Shown here: positions 58,375 to 64,000 of the stretch, one piece after another
How positions within the stretch are numbered: position 1 is the stretch's first letter
Layout of the letters: each line of letters opens with the position of its first letter
DNA from: Candidatus Magasanikiibacteriota bacterium
GTDB taxonomy: Bacteria; Patescibacteriota; Patescibacteriia; Magasanikbacterales; UBA922
Direction of reading: 5' to 3'
NCBI GenBank assembly: GCA_003482855.1
Contig: DMXO01000002.1
Coordinates: forward strand, 112,114 to 176,113
DNA: 64,000 bases
Position numbers and translations under genes: made by a program
The notes under the pieces: generated by a model
The model's input: the letters and a program-made list of their open reading frames with translations, nothing else
Told to the model about the DNA's origin: nothing
Database searches by the model: none

Positions 58375-59466
58375 TTAGCTAAGTTTGAGTATATAGTTTA
58401 GCTGATCAGACATGACTTTGCAAGTATAACGCTCCAAAACTAATTTATGACCCTGTATTGCTATTTTTTTTGCTAAATCTTCATTATTTTTTAATAAATC
58501 AATTTTTTTACGCAAATCTTCTACAGATCCTGGGGTATAGAAAAGACAATGTATCTCATCTTCAAAAAGTTCTCTAAATGGTGGTGCGTCAGACACTATA
58601 ACTGGTCTTCCACACGCAAGCGCCTGCAAAACGCAACTAAGACCGGAAGACTCTGTTTGTAATGGGAAGCTAGGTATAACCACTATGGTAGACTGTGAAT
58701 AACAAGTTCGTACCTCAGCATTTGATATTCCCGAAAGTATAGTAATATATTTTTTTTCTTGATCATACTCAACATGTTTATTTGTAATAAACACCGCCTT
58801 TTCATCGTATCGAAGTGCCCCTATCAGCGTAGCGAAATCTCGATTCATATCATTTCCGATCGACATAATATTATAAATCACGTCGTGACGTTCCTGTACC
58901 CAAAAACTGGTGTCTATACCAAAATACCATGTATATATCTTTTTACGATCTAATTTAAATTTTAGAGCCAACGTATCTGACGCAACTTCCGAAAGGGTGA
59001 GTATGGAGTTCGCTTGTCTGAGTAATGCGGACACAAACCATCTGAGCGGTTGGATATGTTCAAAATACTTAATACGCTCAGAAAAACTCATTACTATCGC
59101 ATGAATTTTTTTACCCTTCAACGCGCCACATAGCCTCCAGAACAATATGCCTACTGATACTTGATCATAGGTACATACTATCTCATCAGCCCACAGTAGA
59201 TCTTTCCTGTATTTCAAATATATGTCGAGCGGCAGACCAATACGAGTATATTTTGCAAATGCCACTTCAAAAAACCATGTAAATCTGCGAATACCTGTGC
59301 GTTTGCCAAAGCGAGGGGCATTTATAAAACGTACCTCATATTTCGTCCGATCAAGATCTTTCATACCCCACAAAAACTCTGAAGGTTCACTCACTTTTTC
59401 GTCATTAATAAGACCAATATTTTCCATCGGCGTCCGAAATACAAATAATATCTTAATTTTGCCCAT
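58375..59466 (-). CDS. glycosyltransferase family 1/4 (GT-B)
   Basis: C-terminal ...GLSCVLQALACGRPVIVSDAPPFRELF; 363 aa. Confidence 0.7.
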   Translation of the reverse strand: MGKIKILFVFRTPMENIGLINDEKVSEPSEFLWGMKDLDRTKYEVRFINAPRFGKRTGIRRFTWFFEVAFAKYTRIGLPLDIYLKYRKDLLWADEIVCTYDQVSVGILFWRLCGALKGKKIHAIVMSFSERIKYFEHIQPLRWFVSALLRQANSILTLSEVASDTLALKFKLDRKKIYTWYFGIDTSFWVQERHDVIYNIMSIGNDMNRDFATLIGALRYDEKAVFITNKHVEYDQEKKYITILSGISNAEVRTCYSQSTIVVIPSFPLQTESSGLSCVLQALACGRPVIVSDAPPFRELFEDEIHCLFYTPGSVEDLRKKIDLLKNNEDLAKKIAIQGHKLVLERYTCKVMSDQLNYILKLS

Positions 59467-59467
59467 A

Positions 59468-61201
59468 TTAATAATTTATATGCGTGCGATTCTGATCAAA
59501 CCACCAAGCAAACACAAGCAATTTCCAATACATGAGCCTATATATATGCGCATTATCTAACACATATGTAACGAAGTCTGTATTGACAAATGGACAATCT
59601 TTGAGTGTTCTCTTTATGTATATAACTTTGTCACTCGACAAAAGTGTATGTACAGGCCTAACAAAGCCTTGTTTTTTTCTCGTCAAAATATACCCTGGTA
59701 TTTTATCTGACATGAATGAACGTAATACCGCCTTCCCCTGTGGATGAGACAGATGTACCTTATGATCTATAGATAAAGCAAACTCTACCATGGGACGATA
59801 ACAAAAAGGAGCGCGCATTTCGATAGAATGTAACATACTCATAGCATCGGTTTTTCTCAAATAATAATCTGGTAGTGTATGCTTTAAATCAAACATACGC
59901 ATCTGCAACGATGGGGTACTATAATATATGTCATCAAGCAGAGCAAGAGATGCTTCATCATAATTATTGACAATGTTTAATAATTTCTTGTCAAAACCAA
60001 AATAATATTTCAATATCCAATCTTTTTGAAAACTACGAATTATGCGTACCCACGCTTGTTTTCTATATAACTGTATATATTTCGTATAGCCAAAAAATGT
60101 CTCATCCGCTCCATCGCCACCAAGAACAACTTTGACATGTTCTGATGTTTCTTTGGCTATCAATGAGTTGGCTATACTGGCTGGGTCAGCAAAAGGCTCA
60201 TCAAAGTACAGCATACTTTCTTGTGCATGTTCTATAAAATCTTTGGCAGTAACTGAAAGTTCTGTATGGTGCGTCCCAAAATGGCGGGCAACTCTACGAG
60301 CAAATAATATATCTTCATCAACATTTTTTCCATCTTTCACATAAACAGTAAAAGTATTTACATCCTGTATATTTTGCTTTATAGCCCATAAAATGCTAGA
60401 AGAGTCTAATCCCCCACTTAATAATGCTCCTATGGGAACATCCGAGATTAAATGATCTTTTACAGATTGGACAAAAATATGTGATAAAGTTTTTGTTGCT
60501 TCATCTAAAGTTTTTATGGTTGGATTATATTTAGGCTCCCAGTATAATTCTTGAGTTACATCCAACGATGAGCTATTCATACGCATGAACAGATAATGAC
60601 CAGCCTCTAACTTTAGAATATTTTTATAAATAGTTCGCGGGGCTGGGATAAATTTATAAGTGAAAAAGTCTGATAATGCAACAAGATCCACTTCCTGTGG
60701 AATTTCGAGCAGTGCTAAGATTGCTTTAAGTTCTGAAGCGAAATAAAATGTATGATCATCATAGGCATAGACAACCGGCTTCATACCAATAGGATCCCGA
60801 GCAACAAAAAGTGTCTCTTTTTGAGTATCATATATTGCAAAAGCAAACATGCCTTCCACATGTTTTAACATATCTACTCCATACACATGATATGCAGCCA
60901 ACAACACTTCTGTGTCTGACTGAGTAACAAAACGATATGAAAAAGATAATTGTTGCTTTAAAACTTTGTAATTATATAACTCACCATTATATACAATTGT
61001 GTATCTTCCATCATATGAGGACATCGGCTGTGTCCCTGTTTTCAAATCTATAATACTTAAACGAGTGTGACCGAGCACACAATGTTTATATCCAACAGTG
61101 GACTGCCCATCTGGTCCCCTCTTATTAAGATATTGCATTACTTTGTCCAACTTTTCTTTCTGTAAGTTTTGAGAGCTAAAGACTCCTGTAATACCACACA
61201 T
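59468..61201 (-). CDS. asnB: asparagine synthase (glutamine-hydrolysing) family amidotransferase
   Basis: MCGITGVF N-terminal nucleophile Cys; SGGLDSS PP-loop; 577 aa. Confidence 0.85.
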   Translation of the reverse strand: MCGITGVFSSQNLQKEKLDKVMQYLNKRGPDGQSTVGYKHCVLGHTRLSIIDLKTGTQPMSSYDGRYTIVYNGELYNYKVLKQQLSFSYRFVTQSDTEVLLAAYHVYGVDMLKHVEGMFAFAIYDTQKETLFVARDPIGMKPVVYAYDDHTFYFASELKAILALLEIPQEVDLVALSDFFTYKFIPAPRTIYKNILKLEAGHYLFMRMNSSSLDVTQELYWEPKYNPTIKTLDEATKTLSHIFVQSVKDHLISDVPIGALLSGGLDSSSILWAIKQNIQDVNTFTVYVKDGKNVDEDILFARRVARHFGTHHTELSVTAKDFIEHAQESMLYFDEPFADPASIANSLIAKETSEHVKVVLGGDGADETFFGYTKYIQLYRKQAWVRIIRSFQKDWILKYYFGFDKKLLNIVNNYDEASLALLDDIYYSTPSLQMRMFDLKHTLPDYYLRKTDAMSMLHSIEMRAPFCYRPMVEFALSIDHKVHLSHPQGKAVLRSFMSDKIPGYILTRKKQGFVRPVHTLLSSDKVIYIKRTLKDCPFVNTDFVTYVLDNAHIYRLMYWKLLVFAWWFDQNRTHINY

Positions 61202-61204
61202 AGA

Positions 61205-61585
61205 TTATTCAAAAGACCAATATTTATGACTAAAAAAAGAAACGGGGGCTATAAAGGCCAAAATAAAAAATTGACTGATCCCAGCACGAAACATCAATAT
61301 ATCAACACATATATATAACAACACATAATTTAAACCAAATACTATTATATACACCAAGACAAACTTACTAAATGCCCTTCTGTGTGTAGTCCTACTATGA
61401 AATGTTAGGTAACGATTCCACACATAGGAATTAATAGTACCAAATATATATTCAGCCACAAGCGCATATACATATGAGATAGACAATATATAAAGAGATC
61501 CCAAATAAACTCCATAAGCAAGCAAGGTATTAAAACCACCAATTAAAATAAATAGTATAAATTGTCTATTCAAAAAATATTTCAT
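61205..61585 (-). CDS. GtrA family membrane protein (polysaccharide synthesis/translocation associated)
   Basis: 126 aa, 4 TM, FILIGGFNTLLAYGVY signature. Confidence 0.7.
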   Translation of the reverse strand: MKYFLNRQFILFILIGGFNTLLAYGVYLGSLYILSISYVYALVAEYIFGTINSYVWNRYLTFHSRTTHRRAFSKFVLVYIIVFGLNYVLLYICVDILMFRAGISQFFILAFIAPVSFFSHKYWSFE

Positions 61586-62319
61586 TTTTTTGCAACGATA
61601 AATAAAGAACTACCGAAAGGAAATGATATAAAAGGTATAAGTCTATTTTCTATCATACCTACTACATATAACGACCTATCTATTATTTTAGGAAGTCTTT
61701 GCAAATCCGATCGTACGTTCATATCTCTTTTTACATATTCAAATATCTTCTTTGCAAGCAATATACAAAAAATGTATGGGAGTCTATAAGTGGCTTTTTG
61801 TATATCAAAACCGATACCTTTCATATTATTTTTTAGACTTTTTCTACGATATCGACGAGCACCAAATACTTGCTTGTCGTGTCTGCGTCTTAATAAAGAA
61901 AAAGCTGGTACATTAAGTATCACAATTCCACCAGGTTTTAGTGAATGGTAGATAGACTCAAGCACCTGCACATCATTTATGATTGCTTGGTGATAAAGGA
62001 CATCAAGACATATAACAACATCATATATACCAGAAACAGGTAGCCACGTATTTATATCTTGTTGTTGAACTTTTGTCAGACCCCGTTTTTTACAAAAATG
62101 TATTGCCTCGGGTGCATAGTCAAAACCTTCAACATCTCCATACACTAATAATTTTTTCATCATTCTCCCTGTACCACACCCAGCATCAAGCATAGAGATA
62201 TCTTTTTTTTTACTTCTTATATGTTTCTTTACGTAAAACAAAACAAGTGAATCAAGAACCCTATACCACCAATAAGACTCTTCATGTATAAACATGTTAC
62301 TATATTCATTTTCTCTCAT
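61582..62319 (-). CDS. class I SAM-dependent methyltransferase
   Basis: MLDAGCGTGRMMKKL; LKPGGIVIL. Confidence 0.8.
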   Translation of the reverse strand: MRENEYSNMFIHEESYWWYRVLDSLVLFYVKKHIRSKKKDISMLDAGCGTGRMMKKLLVYGDVEGFDYAPEAIHFCKKRGLTKVQQQDINTWLPVSGIYDVVICLDVLYHQAIINDVQVLESIYHSLKPGGIVILNVPAFSLLRRRHDKQVFGARRYRRKSLKNNMKGIGFDIQKATYRLPYIFCILLAKKIFEYVKRDMNVRSDLQRLPKIIDRSLYVVGMIENRLIPFISFPFGSSLFIVAKK

Positions 62320-62325
62320 GTAATT

Positions 62326-63246
62326 TTATTCAAATGACTCTCTTATTGTATACTGGGGAGTTTTATTCTGTGACAAAAACATACGGCCAAGGTACTCACC
62401 CATGACACCTATAGAGATAAGCTGAATACCAGACAACATCAAGATAGCAATAACAAGCGACGGATACCCCAAAGGCAAAGATGGATTAGTAAATTTTTCA
62501 TATACAACAAATAACCCGACAATAAAGGCTCCTACCGCAAACAAAAATCCAACCACGATCATTATTCTTAGTGGTAAAATCGAAAAATTGATAAACATAT
62601 TGGACCACAATGATACCAATTTTTTGAGTGTATAATTTGACTTTCCTACCTCGCGAGCAACATGCTCCACTTTGATTTTCCCTATATAACAAGTGGTACG
62701 CAAAATAAGTCCATCAACATAAGGAAACGGTGATGTATAAGAAATTATCTTATCTATGGTAAAACGATTTATAGCTTTAAAACTTGATAGATATAAACCT
62801 CTTGGCTTCCGAAGCATTACGTTTGCAACCCTATCATTAAAAGTGCTCCCTAAATTACGAAAACGCGAATGCTTCTTCTCTTCATAATATGTATATACGA
62901 CATCAAAACCACGTTCAACAATATACCTAATAAGCTTTATTACTTCGGTTATAGGATTTTGGAAATCGTCATCCATGATAACAGCATAATCACCTGTGCA
63001 CTTATTGAGTCCCGCCATCACAGCATTATGTTCACCAACATTTTTAGCTAAACTATAAAATTTTATATGTTGGGGAAAACGTTTTTGTACCTCTACACAT
63101 GCATCTCTTGAATTATCAGGCGAACAGTCATTCACCAATACAATCTCCAAATTATATGAATTACCTACCTGCTTAATCAATTCTTCTGCAAGTCGCCCTA
63201 TGGTTTGTGAACCATTATATACTGGTATGATAATAGAAATACGCAT
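62326..63246 (-). CDS. glycosyltransferase family 2 with C-terminal TM helices (polyprenyl-phosphate sugar synthase-like)
   Basis: ISIIIPVYNGSQTI...VLVNDCSPDNS, DDD; start taken at ATG (MRISIIIPVYNG). Confidence 0.8.
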   Translation of the reverse strand: MRISIIIPVYNGSQTIGRLAEELIKQVGNSYNLEIVLVNDCSPDNSRDACVEVQKRFPQHIKFYSLAKNVGEHNAVMAGLNKCTGDYAVIMDDDFQNPITEVIKLIRYIVERGFDVVYTYYEEKKHSRFRNLGSTFNDRVANVMLRKPRGLYLSSFKAINRFTIDKIISYTSPFPYVDGLILRTTCYIGKIKVEHVAREVGKSNYTLKKLVSLWSNMFINFSILPLRIMIVVGFLFAVGAFIVGLFVVYEKFTNPSLPLGYPSLVIAILMLSGIQLISIGVMGEYLGRMFLSQNKTPQYTIRESFE

Positions 63247-63250
63247 ATAA

Positions 63251-64000
63251 TTAATCACCAAAAGTATTAATAACGGAGATGATCTCATCTACCTGACTAT
63301 CTGTCAACTCTGGATATATAGGTATACTGACAATCTCTTCTGCAAAACGTGACGCCTGTTGATAGTCATCTCCAATCTTCCATACAAAAGCTTTCTGCGC
63401 ATGATTTGGTATAGGAAAATGAATTAGTGTTTTAATTCCTCTATCTTCCATAAACTTCATAAAGGCATCCCTCGAACCTGTCTTAACGACAAACAAATGG
63501 TACACGCTGTCACCATACGGACGTTCTACAAGAGGAACTACTTTATGTAAATTGCTTTGATACGCGTGTGCAATGGCTCTGCGTTTTTGATTATCGGCAT
63601 CTAAGTGTAAAAGTTTCACGCGCAATATGGCAGCCTGTATTTCATCAAGCCTACTATTTATACCAAAACTGTCATGCGTATATCGAGATGTCTGCCCATA
63701 ATTTCTCATGGAAATCAATGTCTCATACAATTTTTCATCATTGGTAGTGATAGCACCACCATCACCATAAGCACCCAAATTTTTGGTGGGATAAAAAGAA
63801 AATGCCCCACAAGTACCCATTGAACCTACTTTTGACCCTTTGTAACTGGCCCCAGCTGCCTGAGCACAATCCTCAACAATAGAAATTCCACGATCTTGGG
63901 CAATACGTCTCAAGGCATCCATATCACAACTTTGTCCATATAAATGCACAGGGACAATTGCCTTTGTATTTGGTGTGATATACTGCTCAATTTTTGAAGA
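63251..64000 (-). CDS. DegT/DnrJ/EryC1/StrS family PLP-dependent sugar aminotransferase (C-terminal part; N-terminus beyond window end)
   Basis: ...DALRRIAQDRGISIVEDCAQAAGASYKGSKVGSMGTCGAFSFYPTKNLGAYGDGGAITT...; frame stays open to position 64000. Confidence 0.8.
   Translation of the reverse strand, partial: SSKIEQYITPNTKAIVPVHLYGQSCDMDALRRIAQDRGISIVEDCAQAAGASYKGSKVGSMGTCGAFSFYPTKNLGAYGDGGAITTNDEKLYETLISMRNYGQTSRYTHDSFGINSRLDEIQAAILRVKLLHLDADNQKRRAIAHAYQSNLHKVVPLVERPYGDSVYHLFVVKTGSRDAFMKFMEDRGIKTLIHFPIPNHAQKAFVWKIGDDYQQASRFAEEIVSIPIYPELTDSQVDEIISVINTFGD

Overview
This 64 kb window is low-GC, gene-dense bacterial DNA with most genes on the minus strand. Several traits suggest a small-genome, possibly CPR/Patescibacteria-like organism, but this is inference only. 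The traits are scattered type IV pilus genes, RNase Y, two giant extracellular proteins, a split ComEC, tightly packed and overlapping genes, and a few high-GC islands.

Gene content, left to right:
- ligA, truncated by the window start.
- An Ldh_2-family dehydrogenase.
- Type IV pilus genes: pilD (prepilin peptidase), a pilin, a CheY-like response regulator and pilM.
- A membrane-anchored MBL (ComEC C-terminal-like) hydrolase, a SAM-dependent methyltransferase and a ComEC competence-domain protein, arranged as a split ComEC coupled to leuS.
- A 1138-aa LeuS that carries an embedded Nudix domain and an embedded alpha/beta-hydrolase domain.
- A lipoprotein and an IMPase-family phosphatase.
- Two giant secreted or surface proteins of 1953 aa and 1479 aa.
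- gdhA, thioredoxin, infB, a class I/II aminotransferase, transketolase, a methyltransferase, truB, RNase Y and HU.
- A tRNA cluster: tRNA-Glu, tRNA-Met(CAT), a GIY-YIG ORF, and a second tRNA-Met-like copy with a 50-nt insertion.
- PBP2, pilT, tRNA-Pro and corA.
- A protein with a PEP-utilising swivel domain, and a YtxH-like protein.
- A roughly 16 kb glycan biosynthesis cluster that runs to the window end. It contains GT4, GT2 and GT1 glycosyltransferases, epimerases, UDP-glucose dehydrogenase, a polyprenyl-phosphate sugar transferase, an acyltransferase-3, AsnB, GtrA, a methyltransferase, a DegT aminotransferase and a subtilase.

Most worth a second look:
- The LeuS domain insertions.
- The giant-gene pair, bracketed by a roughly 200 bp direct repeat derived from a small protein-coding gene.
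- The GIY-YIG ORF wedged exactly between two tandem tRNA-Met copies.
- Two high-GC islands flanking truB.
- The split ComEC.

No CRISPR array or rRNA was seen. Coordinates of features not taken from the ORF track (tRNAs, hairpins, promoters, small ORFs) are approximate to a few nt.
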